A stretch of 64,000 bases of DNA from assembly GCF_006345805.1 (NCBI RefSeq), contig NC_042999.1, positions 13,888,001-13,952,000 of the forward strand, written 5' to 3'. The notes beneath the pieces are model-generated. The model saw only the letters and a list, made by a program, of their open reading frames with translations. It ran no database searches and was not told where the DNA came from. Of this stretch, positions 49,033 to 61,805 are shown one piece after another (positions within the stretch are counted from its first letter, which is position 1; each line of letters opens with the position of its first letter). A program made the translations under genes and the position numbers. Source of the DNA: Octopus sinensis (taxonomy: Eukaryota).

Positions 49033-49463
49033 GTAATATGTTATAAAAAGAAAATATAAAATACACGTGGAAATGTAAGGATAAAATATGAAAAATCAAC
49101 GAAAATGCACATTACAAATAAAAAAAAAGGCTATTTATGACAGGTGACGACAAATATATACATTTAGATTGGCTGAGGTAGTAATACGAGTCATAAAAGT
49201 CATTATTATGAGATGATTATAAGAGAACAAAATGGACCATGCTTTACGCAAAGCATAAAATAGCAACATGATGAATAGCCTTGTGTAAACCGTGGTCCGT
49301 TTTGTCCTCTTGCTTTATTGTCATCTTATAATCATGTCATAATAATGACTTTTATTACTACCTCAGTCAATCTATATATATATATAATTCATCATCATTC
49401 ATCATCATTTAGCGTCCGTTTTCCATGCTAGCATGGGTTGGACGCATATATATATAATATATC

Positions 49464-49523
<60 letters not shown>

Positions 49524-50243
49524 TAATATATATGCATATATACATACGTATATGTACATACTTACATCTATACTTTTATATATGCATATGTGGGCACAGA
49601 ACGTCATGAAACGTATACAACAAAGAAGTATGAAGCATGAGTACATGGAACTATTGTTTCGAACAATGAAAGACACAAATGGAAAACAAAACAAACATAA
49701 AAAACGACCCTTCGTCAGTTGTTGGCTGTTTTTGCTAGTCTCGTATTTCGAGCATTTAACAACGATATACACTTTTGATAAAACAGTTGCTCCTGCAAAG
49801 TAAATTAAATCAAATTTGGGATTTTGCGGAGGGCAAAATAGGTAACACAAACAGGACAGCAAAAACGAACAGGAAGGGTTGCTAAGCCTGAATGAGGTTG
49901 TGGTGGTGAATGTGTGTATCAAGCTAGGACAGGAGACAAACAAGAACACATCTTCCTTGCTCCAGCAACGACAGAGAGAAAGAAAGAAAGATGGCTGATG
50001 GTCATGTGGGAGCCACGTAAGCAAGGGAGGAGTGAGGGAGAGAGAGTGACACTGTAATAGGATAGAATAGTGGGAGAAGAGGAGGTAAAAGAATAAGAGA
50101 GAGAAAAACAAAAGAGTATAAAGATCATATAGAGTGTGCATCAGAATTATTAAGATAAAACTTACTTGGAAGAGGATGCGTGGCTTTCAATCATCTAATA
50201 ATATGAATAATATATATATTATATATATATATATATATATATC

Positions 50244-50274
<31 letters not shown>

Positions 50275-50308
50275 TATATGTATGTATGTATATATGTATG
50301 TATATGTA

Positions 50309-50353
<45 letters not shown>

Positions 50354-50715
50354 TATACATATGATATGTACATACATCTATATATATATATAATATATAT
50401 ATATATTAAAATGCATATGTGGACACAGGACACCATGAAACGTGTACAACAAAAAAGTACGAAGCCCAAGTACATGGAACATGAACTATTCTTTCGAACA
50501 ATGAGAGACACAAATGGAAAGCAAAATAAATATATATATATATAAAAAAATTCAAATTATGATGAATGTAAACAAACAAACGAAGCTTGCTTTAGAATGA
50601 TTGAGATATCTTAGAAAGTTAAAGAAGTGATTTTAAATTCTCAAACACAGGATGATGCTAATAATATAGCATGAATAGGATAAGCTACCCCTATTTTGCA
50701 GAAAAATGTGTTGGC

Positions 50716-50790
50716 AGCCGGCTATGAGATTTGAACTCACACCTCCGTGATTACGGGTCGCGATGCTCTGAACCATTAAGCTAAACCACC
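50716..50790 (-). pseudogene. tRNA-Thr(CGU)-like sequence
   Basis: GGTGGTT TA GCTT AATGGTTCA GAGC A T CGCGA CCCGTAA TCACG GAGGT GTGAG TTCAAAT CTCAT AGCCGGC T; cloverleaf with mismatches and C33. Confidence 0.55.
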
Positions 50791-51187
50791 CACACCAAAA
50801 ATTCTTCTGCAAATTTAAGATATATAGAAATCTTGCTTTATATAATAAATTAACAGACTAAGGAAAGGAATTCCTTCAGAGGGGTGTGTGAAAGATCCAA
50901 TTCATTGGTATGTTAGTTGAATACCACATAAATATGGGTGTAATGCAAATTACAAAGATAAAATCTAATAGAGAGAAACAATTGACAATCCACTAATTTA
51001 TTTATATCATAATATAACATAATAATAGATAACATAAATAATCATTAAAGCATCAAAAGGCCAACAATTTTTCGACAATATTTGATATTTATATTCATAT
51101 GATATATTATAATATAAATAAATTATTGGATTGTCAACTTATCTCTCTATTTAATTATATATATATGTATATATATATATTATATAT

Positions 51188-51263
<76 letters not shown>

Positions 51264-51313
51264 TATATATATATATGTATGTATGTATGTATGAGTGTAC
51301 ATATATATATATA

Positions 51314-51710
51314 TGCAGGAGTGGCTGTGTGGTAGGTAGCTTGCTAACCAACCTCATGGTTCTGGGTCAGTCCCACTGCGTGGCATCTTGGGCAAGTGTC
51401 TTCTGCTATAGCCCCGGCCGACCAATGCCTTGTGAGTGGATTTGGTGGACGGAAACTGAAAGAAGCTGTTGTATATATATCTATAGGTTGTGTGTGTGTT
51501 TGTGTGTGTGTGTTTGTCTCCCTAGCATTGCTTGACAACCGATGCTGGTGTGTCTACGTCCCTGTCACTTAGCAGTTTGGCAAAAAGAGACCGATAAAAT
51601 AAGTACTGGGCTTACAAAGAATAAGTCCCGGGGTCGATTTGCTCGACTAAAGGCAGTGCTCCAGCATGGCCGCAGTCAAAATGACTGAAACAAGTAAAAG
51701 AGTAAAAGAG
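51314..51710 (+). mobile_element. SINE family 1, full length
   Basis: As 1505-1900, in (TA)n. Confidence 0.9.
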
Positions 51711-51764
51711 TATATGTATGTATATATATGTGTATATTATTTTATATATATATATATATATATG

Positions 51765-51809
<45 letters not shown>

Positions 51810-51815
51810 AATATC

Positions 51816-51880
<65 letters not shown>

Positions 51881-52539
51881 ATATATATGTATGTATATAT
51901 ATGTAAGTAAATATATATATATACATATATCATCGTCATCATTTAATGTCTGTTGTATATATATGTATATATATTTTTACTTTTTTATATATAGATATAT
52001 ATATATATATATATATATTCACACCTGCCCACACACACATACACATGCACGTGCACACACATATACAAATACATGTATATACACAACACATACACACACA
52101 CATATGATGGGTCTTCTTTCAGTTTCTGTTTACTAAATCCTCTCATAAGGCTTTAGTCAACCCAGGGCAATAATAGAAAACACTCACCCAAGGAGCAACA
52201 CCGAGGGCTTGAACTCAAAACTGGTTCAGAAGCAAACTTCTTAAGCACACAGTATGGATTTTCCTGATTTCAGTGAAGTCATGTTAGATTTAGTGAGAAA
52301 TCCATTTAAATTAGTCAGTTGAAAAAGTCCCTGAGGAATTTCTGCGGCTGAAGAATGATTCTGAATATGCTTGAGGAGAAGTCAATTACAGGACTTAGGC
52401 TTTTGATGTGTGATTCCTAACCAAAAGTGACAGCAAAGGGCCATACATACATTGTCTTCATTTGTGGTAATATATTTTTGTGTGTCTAACTTTGCAACTC
52501 TTTTGAAAAGGAAAACGAAGCAAGGAATTTCTATCATCA

Positions 52540-53180
52540 CCGTTGGCGTCATCATCATTGCCATCACTGTCGTCATCATCATAGTCATTGTTGTTCGTCG
52601 TAATTGTCATCATCATCGCTGTCATCATCATCGCCGTCATCATCATCGCCGTCATCATCATCGCCGTCATCATCATCGCTGTCATCATCGTCTCTGTAGT
52701 TGTTCGTCGTCATCGTCATCATTGTAATTATCATCATGACCGTCATCATCATCATCATCCATCATTGTCTTCATCATTGTTCATCGTCGTCATGTCTTCA
52801 TTGTAATTATCATCATGACCGTCATCATCATCATCGTCATCCTCGTCTTCATCATTGTTCATCATCGTTGCTGTCATCATTGTAATTATCATCATGACCA
52901 TCATCATCATCATAATCATCATCATTGTCTTCATCATTGTTCATCGTCATTGCTGTCATCATTGTAATTATCATCATAACCATTATCATCATAACCGTTA
53001 TCATCGTCGTCATCATCCTCTTCATCATTGTTCGTCGTCGTTGTTGTCATCATTGTAATTATCATCATGACTGTCATTATTGTCATCGTCATCATCGTTT
53101 TCATCATTGTTTGTCGTCATTGTTAGTCATTGTTGTCAACATTGTAATTATCATCATCACTGTCATCATCATCGTCTTCA
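52540..53180. repeat. (CAT/CGT)-based minisatellite with about 80-90-bp higher-order unit
   Basis: cattgtaattatcatca recurs six times; abuts an RTE-like 3' end at about 53185-53350. Confidence 0.85.
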
Positions 53181-53526
53181 TCACCGTTATAATGTCTGCT
53201 TTTCTATGCTTGCATAGGTTGGATGGAGTTTCTCGAGGCAGATTTTCTACAGCTGGATGCCCTTCCTGTCACCAACTCTTATCTGTTTCCAAAGCAAGGT
53301 GATATTTCCTCATAACCAGACATGTTTTTTGCAGAATACTGGAAATATATGACATTGTCTATCTGACAGTTTGGTAAAAGTGATCGATAGAATAAGTACC
53401 AGGCTCAAAAACAAAAAAGGACTGGGGTTGATCCATTCAACTAAAAATTCTTCAAGGCAGTGCCCCAGCATGGCAGCTGTCTAATGACTGAAAGAAGTAA
53501 AAAAAAAAAGAATGATAATGATAAAT

Positions 53527-53823
53527 CATCATCATCATCATCGGTTAGCGTCCGTTTTCCATGCCGGCATGGGTTGGATGGTTCAACTGGGGTCTGGGAA
53601 GCCAGAAGGCTGTGCCAGGCTCCAATCTGATCTGGCAGTGTTTCTACAGCTGGATGCCCTTCCTAATGCCAACCACTCCGAGAGTGTAGTGGGTGCTTTT
53701 TACGTGCCACCTGCACAGGTGCCAGACGAGGCTGGCAAATGGCCACGATTGGATGGTGCTTTTTACGTGCCACCGGCACAGGGGCCAGATGAGGCTGGCA
53801 ACGGCCACAATCGGATAGTGCTT
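53527..53823 (-). mobile_element. RTE LINE 3' UTR
   Basis: (CAT)n and tandem units. Confidence 0.8.
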
Positions 53824-54018
53824 GGCATAAAAGCATTAAAAAAGAAAGTCTTTATTCAACATCAAATATTAAAAAGAAATGTGATGAGGTCATTGAAAAC
53901 AAAGTGTCTTGCGATGAATTTTCCAAAAATGTTTATGGTGATGTTTCCTCTTACCCACACAACCACTACTTACACTTGATTCTTAACCAAAACTAACTGT
54001 GAAATGTGAAATTATATT

Positions 54019-54248
54019 TATTTCTTTATTGCCTACAAGGTCTAAACATAGAGGGGACAAACAAGGACAGACAAAGAGATTAAGTCGATTACATCAACCC
54101 CAGTGTGTTATTGGTGCTTATTTAATCGACCTTGAAAGGATGAAAGCAAAGCTGTCCTCGGCACAATTTGAACTCAGACTGTTGAGGCAGACAAAATACC
54201 GCTAAGCATTTCACCCAGCGTGCTAGCGATTCTGCCCGCTCACTGCCT
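54019..54248 (-). mobile_element. SINE family 2 (tail type A)
   Basis: Matches 11226-11453. Confidence 0.8.
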
Positions 54249-54254
54249 TTAAAT

Positions 54255-54467
54255 CTCTTTTACTCTTTTACTTGTTTTAGTCATTTGACTGTGGCCATGC
54301 TGGAGTACCACCTTTAGTCGGGCAAATCAACCCCAGGACTTATGCTTTGTAAGCCTAGTACTTATTCTATCAGTCAATTTTGCAAAACCACTAAGTTACG
54401 GGGATGTAAACACACCAGCATTGGTTGTCAAGCGATGTTGGGGGGACAAACACAGACACACAAACAT

Positions 54468-54499
<32 letters not shown>

Positions 54500-54554
54500 G
54501 TAAATATATATATATATATATAATACTAAAAGAAGCCCATCGCATATATGTATG

Positions 54555-54596
<42 letters not shown>

Positions 54597-54777
54597 CATA
54601 CATACATATATGCGATGGGCTTCTTTCAGTTTCCATCTTCCAAATCCACTCACAAGGCTTTGGCCGGCCTGAGGCTATAGTCGAAGACACTTGCCCAAGG
54701 TGCCACACAGTGGGACTGAACAGGGAACCATGTAGTTCGTAAGCAAGCTACTTACCACACAGTCACTCCTATGCCTA
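54255..54777 (-). mobile_element. SINE family 1 with internal inverted duplication
   Basis: Family 1 sequence with a palindrome at 54526-54629. Confidence 0.85.
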
Positions 54778-55289
54778 TGGCGTAATTTAATGTTAAATTA
54801 TATTGTTTACATTTATGTCAACCTATTTTTGTGAGTCAGGATTTTGAACTTTTCAAAATGAAAGTGAAACCTTGAAGTAAATTACAATTTGAAAATAAGC
54901 AGTGTTATATCCTTTAAAGCTCTCGTCCTCATATCCAAGAATTGGCCAAGGAAAAATAAATGTCTTAGGTTAATTGCTTCAGTAAGTTTTGTCTGTCACA
55001 TAATTACTTATGAATTTAAAAGAAGTTTGAAAATGCATGGACATTTTTTTATTGCTATGAAATTTTGTAAAATTCTGTTAGGAAAATAGTCAAAACTGAA
55101 TGCATACATAATGTTGACATGGAAAGATGGGTTGGGGTGGTGGTGGTGTGGTGGTGGTGTGGTGGTGGTGGTGGGGGAAATAAATAAAAAAGAATGGAAA
55201 AAATTTCCAATATTATGGTTGTGTTATTTGGAATGTACCTTTTAACTTAGGCTCACTTGGAAAGTGAGGTGAGGGTGTTGTTCTGAAAG

Positions 55290-55808
55290 ATGGTGGAAGA
55301 GAGGGTACGGAAGAGGAGGAGGGAGAAGAGGAAGAAGAAGAAGAAAAAGAAGAAGGGGAGGAGGAGAAGGTGGAAAAGAAATAGGAAGAGGAGGAGAAGA
55401 AGGAGGAAAATAGAAGGAGAAGAAGGAGGAGGACAAGAAGAAGGAGGAGGAGAAGGAAGAGGAGAAAAAGAAAATAAGAACAATGAGAACAGTAAGAACA
55501 ACAATGATGACTTGTTTCTCCAGTGTCCAGTTGATAAATCTCTCACTGTCCATGTGCTTTCAATGTGATGTCACCACCACCACCACCACCACCACCACCA
55601 CCACCACCACCATCGCCACCACCACCACCGCCACCACCACCACCACCACCATCGCCGCCATCGTCACCATCACTACCACCACTATTATCAACAACAGCAA
55701 CAGTATCATTCCCCACCACCGTCACCACCACCACCACCACCACGACCACCACGGCCACCACGACCACGACCATCGCCACCACCACCACTGCCACCACCGC
55801 CACCACCT
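55290..55808. repeat. Purine-rich (GAA/GGA) tract and (CAC)n tract
   Basis: Direct reading. Confidence 0.9.
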
Positions 55809-56824
55809 ACATTCAAAGCCAAACAAATCAGCTGTTAGAGAGATATTGATTTGCTTTTAAGTGATTCACAGAAAACTGGTCGGCAGATAATTAGCTTGTC
55901 TTATGTCCATTACAAATTAGTAAAAAGGGTCATCGAACTATCGGTCACCGGTTCCACCTAAGTGTTTAAAAAGATATCGACTTCGGAGATTAGATATTAG
56001 CCATGTCTCTTGACCAATTATTAAGAACTGTTGTCAATTATGTTTTCTATCAATTAAGAATCGTGGCGTTCGTTATTTATTTTCAAATCAATTTAGTTAT
56101 TGTTTGTTCTAAATTAGTTCTATGGTCAGAGGCGTTCCCATTATGACCATCTTGTAATTTTCTCAGCAAATTATGACCTACTGAGGAAAATTTCCAATAT
56201 GAGTGTATTGTCTTTAGTATATCATAATTTCCCAAGAAAATGACGTGATGGCCATAACAGGAACGTCTCTGATCGTTGATCTGCTGTATCAGAGCTGATC
56301 TAGAGCAAACAGCAGCAACTAAATTGATCTGAAAGGAAATAATGATTGCATCTGTGTTTTCTCTTTCAGTAAAAAGACTGTTGATTGATAGAAGAATAAT
56401 GAGGTAATTCGAAAATGAAGCAGAGTAAAGAATGTGATTATAGGATTCCAAAAGCACAAGTTCCACAGGGCCATAGATACCACGAGGCTCACAGAAAACA
56501 GACGGAACCCAAGAGATCAGAAAGGGTCACTTTGAAGGCCTCCAAAACAATAGGAAGTCGATTTAGTTAAGCCGTTTGGGTTAAGATGGGAAATATAAAT
56601 GGAAACATATTATGACCAGTAGTATATATGTTTCTTTATTACCCATAAGAGGAGTGGCTGTGTGGTAAGTAGCTTGCTAACCAACCACATGGTTCAGGGT
56701 TCAGTCCCACTGCGTGGCATCTTGGGCAAGTGTCTTCTGCTATAGCCCCGGGCCGACCAATGCCTTGTGAGTGGATTTGGTAGATGGAAAACTGAAAGAA
56801 GCCTGTCGTATATATGTATATATA

Positions 56825-58668
56825 TATATAATATTAATTAGAGACAAAACCACTATTTTGCAAAACAAACAAGGAAAGACTTAATCAATACATAAAATTT
56901 TAATATGTTTATTTATCTGTATGGGTGTGGGAGTGAATTTTGGTGTATATATTGAGGTTTATATGTATGTATAGGTATGTGTGAGTGGTGTGGGTATTTG
57001 TATATGTTGTGTGTGTGTGGTTTACGTGTGTGTATTTGTGTGTGAATGTATAGGTTAGGGGGATTGCTATATAGGTATGTTATAGTGTTTAGTAAAGGGA
57101 GGTTTTATCATTATATGTATTTATGAGTTTTCGTTTATCATGGTAGTTTTATTAAAGAATTTGTAGTAATTTCTGTATATTAAGATGTTTGATATTTTAT
57201 TACATTATTCCATTCATAATTTTTAAGTAATGTTCGTTTACCACGCGCAAAGAATTTTTAATTCCATATATTCCATTCATAATTTTAAATGACGTTCGTT
57301 TACATAGCGCGAAGACTTTTTATACATATGTTAGGTTCCTATGGTAACGTACTTTTGTTTGACGTTATAATGGCTAGAGTTTAATTTCACTTCATAAATT
57401 GAAACTGATTTGAAAGTATGTATATATTTTTTTCTCCTTATGTTAATCTTGTTACTTATGATATTCTGGTTAATTATGGAGTATTTTCTATATCGTATTA
57501 TGTGTAGTAATGTTGTTTTTATTTTGAGTGTTTATGTATGTGTGAATGTGTGTGTGTGTGCGTATTTTGGTTGTGTAATTTATTTATCTGTATGAGTGTG
57601 GGTGTGAACATATTGTTGTATATATCGAGTTTAGTACGTATGTATATGTATATGTGAGGGGGGTATAAGTATATGTTGTGTGTGTGTGTTTTACGTATGT
57701 GTATTTGTGTGTGAATGTATATATGGAGATTGCTATATAGGTATTATTGTGTATGGTTAAAGGGAGTTTTATCATTATATGTATATATGGGTTTCATTTA
57801 TCATGATGGTTTATTAATGATTTGGAGTAAATTTACGTTGATTATATATTATTACATTCATAATTTTTAAAAATACGTTCGATCACCACGTGTAAAGAAT
57901 TGTTTATTTTTCTTTTGAGTGTTTATGTATGTGTGAATGTGTGTGTGTGTGTGTGTGTGATTGTTTGTGTAATTTATTATCTGTATAGATGTGGGTGTGA
58001 ATATATGGAGTAGTATATATCGAGTTCTGTATGTATGTATATGTATGTGTGAGCGGGTATATGTATATGTTTATGTATGTGGGTTGTATGTGTGTGTGAG
58101 GGAGTATGAATAAGTAATGTGTTGAAGTATTTGGCTATTTTATTTATTTATCGTTGCCTAGACGTTTTTATGTGTATGTATAGGGATATATATATAGGTG
58201 TGTGAGTTAGTGTATGTATTTAGATATGGTTATATATACTTAGTTATAAGTGTATGCGTATGTGTGTATATATAGTTTATTTTTATTTTGTTTTATTTAA
58301 TTGTTGATAGGTTTATTTTAGATTATATATTGATTATATATGGATTATATATAGGTTATATATAGATTATATATTTATATTTTTTTATTATTTTAAAATT
58401 ATTTTAAACTTATATTTTTATATTGATATTTTAGATCGGAAATCCACCTGAAGATTGTCATTAGAAGACATGAAACAATTGTAGTGGCGGTTTTTTTACT
58501 TTTTATTAAAATTTTATGTATTGATTAAGTCTTTCCTTGTTTGTTTTGCAAAATAGTGGTTTTGTTTCTAATTAATATTATATAATATTTTACTATAAAA
58601 TTGGATTTAATCCTAAATCTGATTTTTTCCCTGTAAATTTGGATTTATTCCCTAATATTTATTATTAT
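56825..58668 (+). mobile_element. Non-autonomous Penelope-like element with inverted partial terminal repeat and HHR
   Basis: 56825-56905 is the reverse complement of 58504-58584 (1 mismatch); HHR at 58444-58487; internal repeats start near 56911, 57583 and 57977; no ORF. Confidence 0.65.
58444..58487 (+). ncRNA. Minimal type I hammerhead ribozyme, canonical core
   Basis: ccac CTGAAGA t tgtc attagaa gaca t GAAAC aatt GTA gtgg. Confidence 0.8.
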
Positions 58669-59287
58669 TGTATATATATATATATATATATGTGTGTATG
58701 TGTGTGTGTTTGTCCCCCTAGCATTGCTTAACAACCGGTACTGGTGTGTTTACGTCCCCGTCACTTAGCGGTTTGGCAAAAGAGACTATTAGAATAAGTA
58801 CTGGGCTTACAAAGAATAAGTCCCGGGGTCGATTTGCTCGACTAAATGCGATGCTCCAGCATGGCCGCAGTCAAATGACTGAAACAAGTAAAAGAGTAAA
58901 GAGTAAGAAGCTAAACATAGAGGGAACAAACAAGGACAGACAAACGAATTAAGTCGATTACATCGACCCCAGTGCATAACTGGTACTTAATTTATCGACC
59001 CCCAAAAGGATGAAAGGTAAAGTCGACCTCGGCGGAATTTGAACTCAGAATGTAACGGCAGACAAAATACGGCTACGCATTTCACCCAGCGTGCTAACGG
59101 TTCTGCCAGCTCGCCGCCTTATGACCAGCAGTATATAACAGCATCTGAGGGTTTACATTCTTTTCAAGATGATAGGATGTAAATTTAGGGGGATTTGCCA
59201 GTTATTTGGTTACTAGAGCTAGTCAAGTGAATACATAAAGCCATTCAGATTTTCAGTTATATTCCTGAATTTCACACTTGCACACAA

Positions 59288-59838
59288 CACCATCCGAGCG
59301 TGACCGTTGCCAGAGCAACAAACTGGCTTCCATGCCAGTGGCACATAAAAAGCACCATTTGAGCGTGATTGGTACCTGTGTCACCTAACTGGCACTTGTG
59401 CTGGTGGCACATGAAAAAACATTCGAGCGAGGTCATTGCCAGTGCCACTGGACTGGCTCCTGTGCAGGTGGCACATAAAAAGCATCATTTGAGCATGACT
59501 AATACCTGCGTCGCCTTACTGGCATGTGAAAAAACATTCGAGCGAGGTCACTGCCAGTGTCACTAGCCTGGCTCCGGTGCAGGTGACACATAAAAAGCAC
59601 CATTTGAGCATGGCCGTTGCCACTACCACTTGACTGGCCCTCATGCTGGTGGCACATAAAAGCACCCACTACACTCTCAGAGTGGTTGGTGTTAGGAAGG
59701 GCATCCAGCTGTAGAAACTCTGCCAGATCAAGATTGAAGCCTGGTGCAACCATCTGGTTCAACAGACCTCAGTCAAATTGTCCAACCCATGCTAGCATGG
59801 AAAGCAGACGTTAAATGATGATGATAATGATGATGATG
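59288..59838 (+). mobile_element. RTE LINE 3' UTR with expanded tandem units
   Basis: About six gtggcacataaaaagcacc-type units and a (GAT)n tail. Confidence 0.8.
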
Positions 59839-60781
59839 TTTGTGTGATGAGATGCACTATGTATGTTACGAAGCTTTCTTCATTGTGTTATGGTCTGTTT
59901 AACCTGATCTGAATGTAATTAAGAATGTTAGGTGGCCTGTGTTGTGGTATAAAAATCTTCACTGAATTACTACTAAGTGCATACTATATACGGAGATACA
60001 AATCCATGAAGGTAGTTTTAATTCTATAAAGGAGTTTTTTAAGCCCTTAATATTGTAGAACTCCAAAAATAATTGTGTCTATACGGTTTATCTTTTTACT
60101 TATGTTCATGTGTGTGAAAGAAAGATTTAAATGCATTCTGTGTAAATCCATGGTAGTTGGATGGGAGGTAATGTTACATTGATTATGCATAATTGTGGTT
60201 ACCCCACGGAGCAGAGGAGATAGCAAAATTATGAATAGTTATAGTAAATAGCAACTCTGCAGATGGGAAAAATTTTCATGAAAAATTACTGAGAAAGAGA
60301 ATATTTATAGACATCCACTTCAAAATCTACAGTTTTTTTTCTACACAAATTACAAATTCAAATTTGTAATAATAATTTATGCTTGTTTTGGTATGTTTTT
60401 AGGCAGAGAAAGTGACTATTTGATGTAAATAATTTGCAAATATAATTTGTAAACTGAGGAGCAAAAATGTGCAAAACATTCTTTTAAAATTAAAAATATA
60501 ATTTTTCACTGTTGCTATTTACATTCTGGCAAGTGAATTTTGTTTCTTTGCTCAAAACCAGCTTCTTTGTATTGGCAGGCATGGCTGTGTGGCTAAAAAT
60601 GATCACTTTAAAACCACATGGTTTTGAGTTCAGTTCCATTGCAAGGCATCTACAATAACACTGGGTTTACCAATGTGTTATGAATGAATTTGGTTGACTG
60701 AAATTGTATAGACTGTCACTCACCCACCATACACAACTGCATACATACATGCATGCATACATACATCCACTCACACACATA

Positions 60782-60820
<39 letters not shown>

Positions 60821-61268
60821 TATCATCATTATCATCATCATCGTTTAATGTTCGTTTTCCATGCTAGCATGGGTTGGACAGTTCGACCAGGGTCTGGGAA
60901 GCCAGGAAGCTGCACCAGGCTCCAGTCTGATGTGGCAGTGTTTCTACAGCTGGATGCCCTTCCTAACGCCAACCACTCTGTGAGTGTAGTGGGTGCTTTT
61001 TACGTGCCACCGGCACAGGTGCCAGGGGAGGCTGGCAACGACCACGATCGGTTGGTTACTTTTACGTGCCACTGGCACGGAAGCTAGTCAAGGCGGCACT
61101 GGCATCGGCCACGTACTGATGGTGCTCTTTAGGTGCCAGGGTAGGCTGGCAACAGCTAGGAATGGTTGGTGCTTTTTACATGCCACCGGTCAAGGCAGCA
61201 CTGGCATCAGCCATGTACAAATGGTGCTTTTTACTTGCCACCAGCACAGGTGCCAGGGGAGGCTGGCA
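60782..61268 (-). mobile_element. RTE LINE 3' UTR
   Basis: (CAT)n and tandem units. Confidence 0.8.
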
Positions 61269-61399
61269 TGTATGTATATACACACATACATATATATGCT
61301 TTATTTGATGACATATTAAATGCATGGGGTTATTAGATGGACCTCTATTTTAATAGAGTGTATTCAGGAAAAAAGTTTTTAGGGTATTAAAGCATGTAA

Positions 61400-61748
61400 T
61401 GACTTTCATCCCTTCAGGGTCAATAAACAAAATACCAGTTGAGTGCTGGGGTCAATTTAACCAACTTACACCCTCCTCCAAAATTGCTGGCCTTGTACCA
61501 AAATTTGAAACAGATTTTTAAATTAACTAAGGTAGTGAGCTGGCAGAATCATTAGCATGCTGGGTGAAATGCTTAGCAACATATTTATCCATCTTCAGGT
61601 TCTGAGTTCAAATTCCACAAATGTTGACTTTGCCTCTCATCATTCTGGGGTCGATAAAATAAGTACCGTTTGAGAACTGGGATTGATTTAATCGGCTAAC
61701 ACCCTCTTTTGAAACTGCTGACCTTGTGTCAAAAGTTGAAACCAATAT
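61400..61748 (+). mobile_element. Two tandem SINE family 2 copies (tail type B)
   Basis: ctttcatcc...aattgctggccttgt occurs twice; head ggtagtgagctggcagaa at about 61531. Confidence 0.7.
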
Positions 61749-61805
61749 TTAAAGTGATTTGCATATAGGACTTAGTGGTGACCTTTTTGAGGCATTTTTG
61801 GAAAT

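Larger units (their letters stand above)
56649..58903 (+). mobile_element. SINE family 1 split at its internal (TA)n
   Basis: Head at 56649-56820 and 3' half at about 58690-58903. Confidence 0.88.
56629..59118 (-). mobile_element. SINE family 2 (tail A) split by nested insertions
   Basis: Tail at 56629-56648 and body at 58909-59118; 19-bp TSD ttatgaccag(t/c)agtatata at 56610-56628 and 59119-59137. Confidence 0.85.

Noticed and set aside
49645-49722. Minus-strand CTGACGA ... GAAAC inside a repeat partly duplicated at about 50410-50530
   Set aside because: No stem I complementarity or convincing stem II, and the second copy has GAAAG; not called as an HHR.
59288-59670. CRISPR-like repeat-spacer appearance of the gtggcacataaaaagcacc units
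   Set aside because: The spacers are related to each other, the context is a eukaryotic LINE 3' UTR, and there are no cas genes.
60395-60430. Possible terminal exon (tgtttttag|GC AGA GAA AGT GAC TAT TTG ATG TAA)
   Set aside because: Too short and unsupported; such sites arise by chance in AT-rich DNA.
60451-60485. CTGAGGA gca..tgc AAAAC attc ttt
   Set aside because: G12 is missing and stem III is unpaired; compatible with chance.
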